Shown: in pieces, positions 26,209 through 39,944 of the stretch
Layout: each line of letters begins with the position of its first letter
Position numbering within the stretch: position 1 is the first letter of the stretch
NCBI GenBank assembly: GCA_951406725.2
Contig: OX597826.1
Coordinates: 28,706,001-28,770,000, forward strand
Length of the DNA: 64,000 nt
DNA from: Octopus vulgaris
Lineage: Eukaryota
Reading direction: 5' to 3'
Program-made: the position numbers and the translations under genes
The notes under the pieces: generated by a model
What the model saw: only the letters and a program-made list of their open reading frames with translations
Databases searched by the model: none
Told to the model about the DNA's origin: nothing

Positions 26209-26271
26209 TGATAGATAGATAGACAGACAGACAGATAGACAGATAGACAGATAGATAGATTGATAGATAGA

Positions 26272-26350
<79 letters not shown>

Positions 26351-27224
26351 ATGGATGGATATGATAGCGTATACTCGAATCGTTAAAGAGTTCTTCCAAT
26401 TTTCGTGAGTTTCAATACCTTGTTTTTTTCTGTTACCTCTTCTACGTGATTTCTCTGTCTCTCTTTCTATCTGTCTCTCTCTCTCACTCTCTCACTCTCA
26501 CACACCCACACCCACACACACATGCACACATATACACGCACATCTATATATGTGCGTAAGTATATACATACATTTATACATACATATGTACATACACATA
26601 TTTATATATACATATGCACACATACACACACGCACACGCACATACACACATGTATAGTTAAGTCCTTGGGTCGAATTGCTCATTTAATCTCCTCAAACCG
26701 TGCCCCAGCATGGCCGCAGTCCAGTGAATGAAATGAGTGAATGGATAAGGCAAAATAACATTGACTTTTCATATGATATTCTCTCTCACCATAATTTCAA
26801 TATTTGTAGATGATAAATTCGTGCATTTAAAACAAAGTAGAGGGTGTAGTGGTTAGAGAAAAACAACGTAGAGGGTGTAGTGGTTAGAGTATCGAGCTCA
26901 CGATGGTGAGTTTTGTGCGTTCAATTCCTAGACCAGGTAATGTCTTCATTGCACTCTCGAGCAAGGTATATCATTTCACGTTACCTCAGCATACTCAGAT
27001 AAAAATGAGTGCCAGCAGTGTCGGGTATTAATTGCTTGTAAGGCTGGTGATCTATCGCCAGTGCTATCAACTGCTTTACATCATTTTTTGAAGGTGAATA
27101 GCAAAACTGCTCGACTATCGTACTTTAGCAGCTCCATTTCAAATGATTGTAACAACGGTGAAAAAAATATCAATGATAATTTATTGATGCATTTGGGTAA
27201 ATTGTCTATCTATCTATATACACA

Positions 27225-27269
<45 letters not shown>

Positions 27270-27273
<4 letters not shown>

Positions 27274-27417
27274 ATATTTCGGAATGGTCATATTGCCAGT
27301 TTAGCCAATAAAAACACACGCACTATATATTTGGTGTTATTTTGCTTCAGTGATATTTATTTTTTACATTAATCTTAATCTTATTTCGGCCAAAGTTCTT
27401 TCGTCACACTCCTGTGA

Positions 27418-27420
<3 letters not shown>
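27270..27420 (-). mobile_element. (TA)n-embedded short insert, PLE pLTR-like 3' fragment
   Basis: Sharp-edged 150 bp between TA tracts. Minus begins GGUCAC-aggagu-GUGAC-GAAA...GGCCGAAA (possible hammerhead 3' half, CUGA box absent). Confidence 0.4.
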
Positions 27421-27484
<64 letters not shown>

Positions 27485-27498
27485 TAAATATATATATG

Positions 27499-27540
<42 letters not shown>

Positions 27541-27595
27541 TAAATATATATATATATCTTTATTCATGTTTGGATTAACTATATAAATATATATA

Positions 27596-27963
27596 TCTTA
27601 TATAAAATCCGTTCTGTGAGTGTGTATGTGTGGCTTCTAGGATTTTGGGCATCCTCCATCCGATTGCACTCAAATTTGATATGTAGATACCGACGGTATC
27701 AGGGCGTTTATAAGTCTTGCAAAACATCAGAAAAATTGATTTCAGGTGAGAATGCGATCGATAAAGCCGCGAGAAATCGTTTTTCTTTGGAATAGAAAAA
27801 AAGTCTATCTTTATTTCTACTTTTGCTGGTGCCTCAAATTTAAGTTAAATCGGTGTTTCTCAAAGGAGAGGCATATGGGACGGTCGGACAAGTTGTTTTG
27901 AGAAAATTTGGTTTAAATGTTTGACAACTCAGCACCGTCCATTGGACGTGGGGCGTTTTGCTC

Positions 27964-27964
<1 letters not shown>
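27596..27964 (+). mobile_element. Non-autonomous Helitron-like element
   Basis: 5' TC followed by TTATATAAAA and (TG)-rich sequence, subterminal hairpin cgtcca-t-tggacg (27936-27948), 3' CTCG (CTRR-like), A/T insertion site, no TSD. Confidence 0.7.
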
Positions 27965-28008
<44 letters not shown>

Positions 28009-28012
<4 letters not shown>

Positions 28013-29137
28013 AATAAAATAGAACATATGCATATATATAAACATATATGTACGTACCTACCTCTACATGTACATATACACGCATATATGTGTACAGGAC
28101 ACCAAAAAGACGTCGAACACATAGAGACGAAAAACATAGACACAAACCAAGGAACAAGACAAGCAAAAAAAGGGATACAGGACAATAAGCACAACGAAAA
28201 ATCCCCTTCTTCAGTCGCTAAGGTTTCATCTACTAAACGTTTCGAAGGATAAAAGCGAGACGTATACTTCGAAGAAAACTTCCTTCCTACGAAAAGCAAA
28301 TCAATTAAAATTCTGAGATCTTTTCGCAGAGGGGTAAAAAAAGCAAGACGGTCACGACAGTACAAACGTATAAACAAGTAAAAAATATATATATAAACAG
28401 TGGAAAAATAAATATATAACAGTGAGAGACAGGACAAGGAGCACAAGATAAGAAGGGCTGTTAACGCCAGACGAAAAAAGTATAGCAAACGCTGGATTAT
28501 AGTGGACGACGAGAGAGAAAGGATATCGACCAGTAGCCTTAGAAGGCGGGCGAGAAAAGACAGGATAGCAGTTACGACGGAAGTATCGTCGCAGATGGAC
28601 GACGGGAATGGGGGAGGAGGAGCAAGAGGAAGAGAGAGAAGAAGGGGAATGGTGCGAGGAGACCATGAAGAACAGTGAGGGGGAGAGAGAGAGAGGAAGA
28701 GACAAGTTAAGTGAGGGAAAAAAGACGAAAAAGGGAATGAGAGAGAAAGAAAGAAAGATGCAGAGTCGCGTGAGAGTTAATATCAAGGCTAACTTGATAA
28801 ACAGAACAATCTTACTTAATAGGGTGCGTGCGTTTAGTCGTATAATATGTTAATAAAATAGAACATATGCATATATATAAACATATATGTACGTACCTAC
28901 CTCTACATGTACATATACACGCATATATGTGTACAGGACACCAAAAAGACGTCGAACACATAGAGAGACGAAAAACATAGACACAAACCAAGGAACAAGA
29001 CAAGCAAAAAAAGGGATACAGGACAATAAGCACAACGAAAAATCCCCTTCTTCAGTCGCTAAGGTTTCATCTACTAAACGTTTCGAAGGATAAAAGCGAG
29101 ACGTATACTTCGAAGAAAACTTCCTTCCTACGAAAAG

Positions 29138-29142
<5 letters not shown>
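28009..29142 (-). mobile_element. Non-coding element with ~293-bp direct terminal repeats (PLE pLTR- or TRIM-like) in (TA)n
   Basis: 28009-28301 and 28848-29142 are near identical (one 2-bp indel seen), with a ~545 bp non-coding interior and TA tracts on both sides. Strand is inferred from hammerhead-like boxes. Confidence 0.75.
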
Positions 29143-29194
<52 letters not shown>

Positions 29195-29477
29195 ACGTTC
29201 TTAAAGATGCTATTTTGTTTATTTCGTTGAATCTTATCGGTTTTAAACTTAACCTTTGTATATCTCGAACATCCATGAATGTGTTCTGCCTTGCGTTTAG
29301 TTTTCTGCTTACTCCGATGATTCTTAAAATGAAACGACGAATGACATTTCAAAAGCAATTTAGCTCAGTTAAATAATGTGTGTGTGTATGTGTGTGTGTG
29401 TAAAATTATTTTCGTAGTTATTAAAATTGGAGTTATTCGTTTCTCGAGTCTCTCACGTCTGAAGAATGCGAGTATGC

Positions 29478-29945
29478 TTACATACATGCATACATACACA
29501 CATATATACATACATACATACATACATACATGCATACATACATACAAACATACATATATACATACATACATACATACATACATACATACATACATACATA
29601 CATACACACATACATACATACACACATACATATATATAATATACATACACATATACACACATACACACATACATACTTACATATATATAACATACATACA
29701 CATATACACACATACATACATGCATACATACACACATACATACATACATACACACATACATACATACTTACACATACATATATACATACATACTTACACA
29801 TACATATATACATAAATATATATATAATATGCATACACATATACACACATACATACATGCATACATACATACACACATACATACATACATACATACATAC
29901 ATACATACATACATACATACATACATACATACATACATGTACATG
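29478..29945. repeat. (CATA)n compound microsatellite
   Basis: Direct reading. Confidence 0.95.
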
Positions 29946-31231
29946 CATACCATTCTATGTGAATATTTTCGATGCCAAACCATTTCTTGTGCTACATGTG
30001 AACCAAATGCAGAAGGATTAATTCCTACATATTTAATCTATTAATTAAATTTTAATCTAAATATAATTTAAACACAGCTTGCTTTATTAATTTATGTACG
30101 AACATGTTAAGAGAAAATCGTAAGCAGCTATAAATTTCAGCCGTCTCAACTAATCTTCTACGTGGTCGTCAGCCTTCGCAGAAATAGCAGCGAAAATCTC
30201 AAAAACACGGAAAAGACAAAAAATGAAAAAAAAAAAAGAAAAAAAAAGCTCACGTAAATGTTTTAAAAGAAAATGGAAGTTGACGGTCATTGAACTCCTT
30301 TGATCATAGGTATTGGTGGATTTTGGTTGTCATGGGGGTTAATTAGGATGGATGGCTGAAGAAGAAGGGTGAAGAGGTGGGTAAGAAGGGTAGGAGGAGA
30401 TGGCAGAGAGGAAGGAAGAATGGAAGAAAGAAGGAGAGGAGGAAGAGGAGAGACGGAGAGGGAAAAGAAGAGGGAGGCGAAAGAGAACGAGGAGGAAGAG
30501 GAGAACGAGGAGGAAGAGGAGAACAAGGAGCAAGAGGAGAATAAGGAGCAAGAGGAGAACGAAGGGGAGAGGAGACGGAAAGGGAAAGGGAGGTGGAAGA
30601 GGAGAGGGATTGAGAAGGATGTGGAGGGAAGAAGAAGAAGAAGAAGAAGAAGAAGAAGAAGAAGAAGAAGAAGAAGAAGAAAAAGAGCAAAGGTTGATAC
30701 TAACACACATATATACACTGACGCACAATCATGATCATCATTCCCACAGTGCCTTGAGGGCTAAAAGAATCATCACATACATACACACACACACACACAC
30801 ACATACACATACACATACAAACACGCACACATACACACACACTCACGAAGAAAATAGCACTATTTTGAAACCATGTCACATCAATTTCTTATTTTCGGTC
30901 CACAGAGAGTTGGAAATGAACGTCTACATTCGGGGTCGATAAAATAAGAACCAGCTGAACATTGGGGTCGATGTAATCGACTTATCCGAAACTGCTGGCC
31001 TTGTGCCAAAGATTTGAAACCAGTATAACAAAACCATTTATATTCATGATGTATCTCTGTGTCAGAACCATATATTGTTGAAACGATCGTAATGAAGGAT
31101 TAACTGTAATTCCAGCCACTTCATTCTCGGATTTACTTGAATGTATGTATGTATGTATGTATGTATGTATGTATGTATGTATGTATGTATGTATGTTTGT
31201 ATGTAAGTATGTATGTATGTAAGTATATGTA

Positions 31232-31304
<73 letters not shown>

Positions 31305-31312
31305 ATTATAAA

Positions 31313-31353
31313 TGGCTGAAGACTAGCATCACGCTTGAAACTCAAGAGAACCA
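31313..31353 (+). ncRNA. Decayed minimal type I hammerhead
   Basis: UGG CUGAAGA cu-AGC-aucac-GCU-u GAAA CUC-aa-GAG AA CCA. All three stems are present but U16.1 is replaced by A. Lies next to (TA)n. Confidence 0.45.
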
Positions 31354-31383
31354 ACGAATTTGGATCAGACTGTTTTCAACCAG

Positions 31384-31428
<45 letters not shown>

Positions 31429-31786
31429 TATTTCAGACACTCCTTAAAGTGTCCATAGTAAAAAAAAACTTGTTCCTTGTCCACGTCTCGTAAAGACATC
31501 GATAAAATAAGCAGCGGACAAAAAACAAAAAATTAAAAAAAAAGGAAACAGAAGCAATACTGGGGTAGGATCGATAGGATCCATGAAGACACTATGAGGC
31601 AGTGCCCCAGCATGGCCACTGCTCTTAGTTTGAGATCAGAACAACAGTAAAAGTGAAAAAAAGGATTTGTGTCTGTGCATGTATGTACGTATGTATATAA
31701 GATTGTGCGTGTGTGTGTGTATATGTATATATTTACACATACATACATACATTATACATATATGTACATGCATGCACACACTCACG

Positions 31787-31837
<51 letters not shown>

Positions 31838-31926
31838 GTATATATGTGTGTATAAATATATATGCATATATATGTACGTAGATATATATGTATATATCTA
31901 CGTATATATATGTATATATATGTATA

Positions 31927-31963
<37 letters not shown>

Positions 31964-32053
31964 TCATGTATATAGATGTGTGTTTGTATATATGTATGCA
32001 CATAAATATACATATGTATATATATGGACATGTGTGTGTATATATATATGTAC

Positions 32054-32088
<35 letters not shown>

Positions 32089-32330
32089 CGTATATATAAA
32101 TATATGTGTGTGTGTGTGTGTGTATGTATTTATGTATTATGCATACATATCCTAGATGAATGTATACATATGCAAATACAAATACAAACGAGACTGATTT
32201 TTGTTTTTTTTCCTTTTTGTTTTCTGCTTCGTCTAAACACACATCAACACGTTCCATAAACAAGTAATTGAGCTCCTCGGCCATAACAATCGACAATGCA
32301 AGTTCGTCACAACACGCAAGCACACACCCA

Positions 32331-32372
<42 letters not shown>

Positions 32373-33584
32373 CACGCACGCACGCACGCACGTACGTACG
32401 TACGTATACATGCGCATACACAACCGGCAAGCAGGATGTGGAAGTCTTTGAAGAGCATTTTGACAAAACCACAGACAATAATGGAAAAGATAAGAAAGGC
32501 TACTTGTTGTTTACCCATCGAGAAAGGTGCGTATATATGAGGAAATGAATGAGGAAAAGGGGGAGGGTTCTTTCGGTGGAAGCGGGGTTGGGGGCTGGCT
32601 GCGAGACAATACCGTTGGTGGTGGCGGTGGTAGTGGTGGTGGTGGTGGTGGTGGTGATGGTGGCGTTGGTCATGGCAGTGATGGTTGTCGTATTCGTGTT
32701 GGTAGTGGTGGTGGTGGTGGTGACAGTGATGGTGATGGAGGTGGAATTGGTGGTGGTTGTGGTGCTGGTGTTGGTGTTAGTGATAATGGTGGCGGTGGTT
32801 GTGGTGGTGGTGGTTTTTCTGAGTGATTACAACGACGGCGAAGACAACGATTATGCAGACAAATGGCGGCAGTGGTGGTGCCGTTATTGACGATGGTGAT
32901 GATAATGATGATGATGATGATGAGGAGGAGGAGGAGGAGGAGGAAGAGTGAGGGTCAGGAGAGGGGATAATGAAAACGATGATAGTAGTGGTCGTTGTGA
33001 TGCTGGTGATGATAAGGATGATGACGACGACGATGGCGACGACTGCAACGAAGACGACGAGGACGATGAAGATGATGACGGTGATGATGATGATATTTGT
33101 GGTTGCCGCAATGATGATGCTAGCAGTAGCAACGATGAAGGATAACGCTGATGGAGGCAGTGGAGTTGCTGCTGCCGCTGCTGCTGCTGCTGCTGTTGCC
33201 GGTGGTGTTGGTGGTACCGATGCAATATAAACTTTAATTAGTACAAAACCCGTAAATGGGTAGGTTGGTAGGTGGGAGAGTGGGCAGGCGGATGGGAGTC
33301 GGGTGGGTTTGTGTTGTTTATTTTCTTAATGGAAATGGCGACCAATGAATAAATAAATACAGAAATTAACAGAAAGAAAAGAGGCGTAGAAACACACACA
33401 AATGCAGTATAGCGTGTGTATGATGGGGAAGGGGGAGAGGGGCGTTGAAATACATATGCGTATATATATATATACACACACACATACTACTCGTATAAAT
33501 TGTGTGTGTAGGTATGTATATGTATATGTATATACGTATATGTGTATATATGTATGCTTGTATATATATATATATAATATATAA

Positions 33585-33660
<76 letters not shown>

Positions 33661-33768
33661 TTTGTTTGTATGTATGTATGTATGTATGTATGTAAGTATA
33701 TGGCAAATGAAAGACGGAAGATGGAATATAGATAGCTAGATAGATAATATTATATATACATGTGTATA

Positions 33769-33805
<37 letters not shown>

Positions 33806-34532
33806 GTGCGTACACATTTACATTGGTACATATATTATCGTGAGTGCGTGCGTGCATGTGTATGCGTGTGTGTGTGTGTTTACAAACAAATAAACAGCCG
33901 AGAAAACGAATTAAAAATCAAAACAACGTAGATCGCCAACTTCAAAGGAGTTGGGTTCGGTTTTCGTTAAAACGAATGCTCCCTCTCACTTGCAAAACTT
34001 TCTTAATATTCCGACATGAGAAAAGAAAATTCCCGAAAAAAAACCCAAAAAAACGAAAAATAAAAACGTTTGAAAATAGAAATAACACAAACCCGAAACC
34101 TAAACAAATTACAACAACCACTACAAATGTTTAACAACAATGAAAGCTTTCTCTTTCATCCGAAGAAACTTGATACTGAGATTAAAGGCAGATATTTTTT
34201 GAATATTAATGACCGTTGTAGCCCCAGTATGGCCGCAGACAAGTGGATCAAACCAGTGAAAAATAGTGAAACAAAGATCCAGTTTACGCTGGTGTGAGAA
34301 CGGTTTTAATAAAAGTTTCTCATAAAGCGGAAAAGGCGGTGTGTTGGTATAATTATTAGCGTGTCGGTTCAGATGCACAGCGGCATTTCTTCCGGCACTT
34401 TATGTTCTTACTCCGAATCGCATGCAGGTGGATTTTCATTGACTTTCATCCTTTCAGGATTGATAAAATGAAGAATCAGTCAAGTAATCGATTTGTTCCG
34501 TGCCCACAAAATTGCTGTCTTTAAACCCTTTC

Positions 34533-34700
34533 TCGGACTGACGTCCTGTTCAGCGGTGTGAAGTCCGATCGAAAAGTATCGGGGCAGTTGTTATGGTAAC
34601 GGAGCTAAAGTATGCAATGTGAAGTCGCTTGGCACAGATTAACCCTGAATTCTGTTGCGCATGTGCACTAAGTTTAACGTTTTCGCTCGCTTCCGTTATA
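34533..34700. promoter_or_regulatory. Candidate promoter/enhancer motif cluster
   Basis: CRE-like TGACGTC 34539-34545; X-box GTTGTTATGGTAAC 34587-34600 (fits GTHNYYATRRNAAC); NRF1-like TGCGCATGTGCA 34656-34667; ETS-like CGCTTCCG 34688-34695. CpG-containing unique DNA. Confidence 0.45.
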
Positions 34701-34919
34701 GCAGTTAAGTGTGTAGAGTGTGGTCGTTTTACTACACCACAGAGGTTTCATTAGTGACCGTGGCAGAGACAATGTGTCTGATTGCGCGCGCGCGCGCGCG
34801 CGCGCGTGTGTGTGTGTGAGCGAATGAGCGACTGAGTGCGTATGTGAGTGAATGAGTGAGTGAGTGAGTGAATGAGTGCGTGGAAAGAGACAAAGCTTAA
34901 AAGTTATTATAACCAAAAA

Positions 34920-35169
34920 TCGTTCCAAGTATCAAATCCCACTTGAAAAGAACAAGATTTCAAGACTTCGAAGAAATCCAAGAGAATGCGACAAGGCAGC
35001 TGCTTTCGATCCCAAGGAAGGAGTTCTTGAAATGCTTCTTCGAACGACTCAAGATAGAGTGTATGACTTCAGAAGGGAACAACTGCGAAGGAAATTAAGT
35101 ACCGAATTAATATGTGTTGTAGTTTTGTTGTTACAGAACCAGTCCTGATACTTTTTAAATGATAGCTCG
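34920..35169 (+). mobile_element. Mariner 3' fragment
   Basis: Translates to ...KSHLKRTRFQDFEEIQENATRQLLSIPRKEFLKCF...SEGNNCEGN*, ending in TIR-like gtcctgatactttttaaatgatagctcg + TA. Confidence 0.7.
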
Positions 35170-35383
35170 TAAAAGTGAGGCATTTGTCATGCTTTCTGCA
35201 AATAATATTCAAGATTTTCGTATTTGGTTTGTAAGACTTCTGATGTGATCACATATGCGGAAACAGATGTTGCTAACAAACCTAATTCATGGAATGATTG
35301 GCCGAACAATTAATCAAGCAATCGATTATTAGTTTATTGGCTAAATAATTAACTAGTTAACAAAAATACAACCATTGCGTATA

Positions 35384-36699
35384 CAGTTGCGGACAAAATG
35401 TTCAGAACGGCATTGATTTCGCCAGAAAAGTAGGTAGAAGTTTTTATCAAAATTGTTTTATATTCTATAATTTTCACAGACAATAAATACAATATTAATT
35501 GTTATTGTCTGAGATTTTGGTGTAATTGGAGAGGATAATACAAAAGTTATGGATGATTTAGTGATTTACTGCAAAACCCATGGTGGCCAAAATTATCAGA
35601 ACGGTTGCTTTTACTCCATGTCTTAGTATATTTAACCGGCGAACTCTAATGTTTTGAATTTGTTTACGTGATGGTTCGTTTACTAAACATTAGTAAGAAT
35701 ATCTGCAGTGTACTTTGTTTATATAATGCCACTTACTCCGTTACCAATTCGTCAGCAGATTATTAAGCTTCGAAAGAAGGATAATTTAAGTATTGGGTCT
35801 ATTGCAAAGATTGTTAACAAGTCAAAAAGTGTTGTTTACGGTATTCTTAAGGTCTTCGATGATTGTGGTTCGTGCGAAGCAAGAAAGTCTATAGGTAGGC
35901 CAAGAAAAATGACCAAGAGAGAAGATCGTGCTATGGTAAAGTTGGTTAAAAAGGACAGATTTAAAACTGCTGCTGCTGTTTCTCGGGAAATGAGCATTGT
36001 ACTGAAGAAAACGTTATCTCGAAAAACTGTGTCTCATCGTTTAGTTGAACATAACCTACAAGCAAGATCACCTGCAGTAAAGCCACTGATCAGCTCCAAA
36101 AATAAAAAGTGTCGTCTTACCTTTGCAACCGAACATGTGTTGTGGTCTCAAGAAAAATGGCAAACGGTGCATTTCAGTGATGAATCTAAGTTTATGTTAT
36201 TTGGCTCAGATGGGAAAAGATACGTTCGTTGAAAAGTAGGTGAAAAATTGTCGCCTCAATGCCTTAAGACTAGTGTTAAATTCGGTGGAGGAAGTGTCAT
36301 GGTTTGGGGGATGATATCTGGAGATGGTGTGGGCTCTTTGGTGCGATTACACGGAAAGGTAAATGCAGGCGTTTATAAACAACTTGTAAAAGATCATGTC
36401 TTGCCTGTGCTGAGAAATTCAACTAAGCGACCACCCATATTCATGCAGGACAATGCCCCATGTCACAAGGCTAAGGTGGTCATGAACTTCCTCAAGGTTG
36501 AAAAGGTTATTATTATGGATTGGCCTGCTCAAAGCCCAGATCTCAATCCTATTAAAAATGTGTAGAATATTCTAGGAGAACATTCGAAAGCCAGAAATCC
36601 TAAAACAACCGAGCATTTATGGAATACCCTTCAGGAAGAATGGAATAAGATCATTGACTGGCGAAAACAATGCCGTTCTGAACATTTTGGCCGCAACTT
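35384..36699 (+). mobile_element. Tc1-family (DD34E) transposon, defective
   Basis: 42-bp TIRs (cagttgcggacaaaatgttcagaacggcattg... and its inverse at 36658-36699), TA flanks. Transposase 35726-36655 has GRPRK, FSDES, QDNAPCH and SPDLNPIKN (E>K), with stops at ~36230 and ~36563. Confidence 0.95.
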
Positions 36700-37121
36700 T
36701 ATTTATTATAGGCGTAATAAGTGAGTGATCAAACGTCGTATGCTGTGGTAACGGCTACACACCGGCATGGAAACCGGGTATCAGGCCTTAAGAGCGGTAG
36801 GGCTAAGGAGGAAGGGCTTTATAAGAAATTTCGCGGGTTGGGGGAAAGTGTTAATCGATTACATTGACTCCAGTATATGAAAAGTACTTTATTTTATTGT
36901 TTCTTTACGTTTCGGCATTGATTTTTGGTCTTTTCTATTTCATTTAGTCATGGTTGTGAGGTTAATGAGCTTGCTTTACACCCTTGTGCCTTCGATTCAG
37001 TCCCACTGCGCGGAATCTTGGGCAAGGGTCTTCTTCTGTAGCCCTGGGCCGTCCAAAGCCTTGTCAGTGTAGTTGGGAGGCGGAAACCGAAAGTATTCAG
37101 TCACACACACACACGTAAATG

Positions 37122-37181
<60 letters not shown>

Positions 37182-37314
37182 AAACATGGGGGTTTAGTTC
37201 ACAGGTGATCTAAACGACTAGGTACGCTGGGTAAGTGCTGTACATATGGATAAATAAATACATATATACATAAACACACGCGCACACACGCACGCACACA
37301 CTCAAACGCGCGCG

Positions 37315-37345
<31 letters not shown>

Positions 37346-37473
37346 CTTTAAATGAGTGACATTCAGTAAAAATACTATAAAGTAAAGATTATTTGCCAAG
37401 ATAATGTGGCATAACATGGAATGTATGGGGGTTAGTGGTATTAATTGAAAGGTTTGTAGTGTTCTGTATTATG

Positions 37474-37526
<53 letters not shown>

Positions 37527-37695
37527 CAGATATATATATTCATGCACACACACACACATATACATATATAGATGTGTAGTGTATTCTGAGTCACATTAGT
37601 AGCAACATGGACTTTCTCCCTCTTCTTGCTCTATTAAAGAATTTGAGTAAAATTATATTAATGTGTCCAACTGATTAAAAAAATTCTATTTATTT

Positions 37696-37783
37696 ATGCA
37701 GCTGAGGATAGCCCTGCATTTAAATTGATGTAATGATTGCATTGTTGAATCAAATGGAGCCGCTTGAATCGGTCGTACTGCAT
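37696..37783 (+). ncRNA. Near-intact type I hammerhead with long stem II loop, in a (TA)n-flanked ~250-bp insert (37570-37812)
   Basis: AUGCAG CUGAGGA u-AGC..(49 nt)..GCU-u GAAU CG-gu-CG UA CUGCAT. Perfect 6-bp stem I, A15.1 replaced by U. Confidence 0.55.
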
Positions 37784-37808
37784 CACCTCTTGATATCCTG
37801 TTGCTTAC

Positions 37809-38233
<425 letters not shown>

Positions 38234-38243
38234 TATATTATAT

Positions 38244-38276
<33 letters not shown>

Positions 38277-38528
38277 CATAAATACATAAATATGTATATG
38301 TAAATGTATATTCGACGGGCTTCTTTCAGTTTCCGTCCATCAAATCCGCTAAGAAGACATCGGTCGGCCCGATGCTATTGCAGACGACACTTGCCCAAGT
38401 GTCCGTGCAGTGGAAGTGAATCTAGGACTAAATGGTTGGGACCGAAGCTACTTGCTGCATATTTTGTTCCTCTCTTTTGACTGCAATAAAGAAAGACTCC
38501 AAAAGGCGCGCGCATACACACAAGCACA

Positions 38529-38581
<53 letters not shown>

Positions 38582-39322
38582 CACAATCACCGCAAAATGA
38601 AAAGAACAAAAAAAAAACATTTGTATTTTATATGGAAGTTAATTTTGTTGGGAGAACAAGAAGATTGCTGGGATAATTTGGTCAGACAGCATTTATCTGA
38701 TGGCCTCTCCACCGCCACACCTACCCTGCAAAAGTATATCGAAGGTGAGTGGTAGTCGCGGTGGTGGTGATGATGTTGGCGCTGATGTGTTGGTGGTGTG
38801 TGGTCGTCGTGGTGAAAGCGGGGTGGTGATGGTGTTAATGGTGAGTGCTGGCCGTGGTGTGTGGTGATGGTGGGTAGGGCGTCGAACTTTTTGTTGTTAT
38901 TCATGATGGTGGTGGTGGTTGCGGTTCTAATGGTAGTAGCAGTAGTAGTGGTAGTGGTAGTGGCAGGAGTAGTAGTAGTGGTAGTAGTGGTAGTAGTAGT
39001 AGTAGTAGTAGTAGTGATAGTTGTAGTAAAGTATAAGGGTAGTGTGTATGTGTGTGTGTGGTATTGGATGGTGGATTGTGTCGAGTGATGGTGATGGTGG
39101 TGGTGGTGGTTGTGATGGTGGTGGTAATGGTAACCGTGGTGGTGGTGGTGGTGGTGGTGGTGGTGGTGGTGGTGGTGGTGATGGCGGTGGTGGTGGAGAT
39201 GTGATTGGGAGAAATTTGTTAGGTTGTGATGGTGATGGTATAAGGGGAGAGAAAAGGTAAAGAGAGAATTGGAGAGAGAGAGAGAAAGAAAGAGAGAGAG
39301 AGAGAAAGAAAGAGAGAGAGAG

Positions 39323-39353
<31 letters not shown>

Positions 39354-39681
39354 AAGAAAGAGAGAAAGAGAGAGAGAGAGACAGAGAGAAGGTAATGAGG
39401 TTGGTGATGGTCGTGATGATGGTGGAGGAACGAATCACATAGATGATAACACTGAGGATGACATTTTATTGATAAGACGATAACAACGACAACGACGATG
39501 ATATGACGACAACGACAACGACGACGACGATAATATCGACAATGATGGTGACGATGGCGATAAGAATGATAGCGACGACCAACCACTATGACAACAACGA
39601 TGGCGATATGTGTGGCGATGATAACGACGATGCGATGCGAATCAAAGTGATGAGAAAATACTTTATGAAATAGTGTTCTCG

Positions 39682-39712
<31 letters not shown>

Positions 39713-39944
39713 CTCTAGCAGCAGCAGAGGTAGTTTCAACAGCAATGTTAGTAGACTTATCGATGGAGTGAATCCATAAGAAGGAAGCACAAGCAAAAAA
39801 GATATTTGTTTACATTTTAGAATGAATGAACCTGTATGTGGTAGCTGTGCACAACAATATTTCGGGTAAAAGGACCCTTTTGAATAGTTCTGATCTGATG
39901 TGTGGTTGAGCGTGTCTTTTTCTTGTCCAATATATTGCTAGTTA

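Noticed and set aside
29314-29345. CCGATGA...GAAACGACG hammerhead-like string
   Set aside because: Mutated core, no convincing stem II or NUH.
32948-33145. Acidic D/E-rich ORF (also 30369-30734)
   Set aside because: Derived from GAT/GAC/GAG repeats within low-complexity fields.
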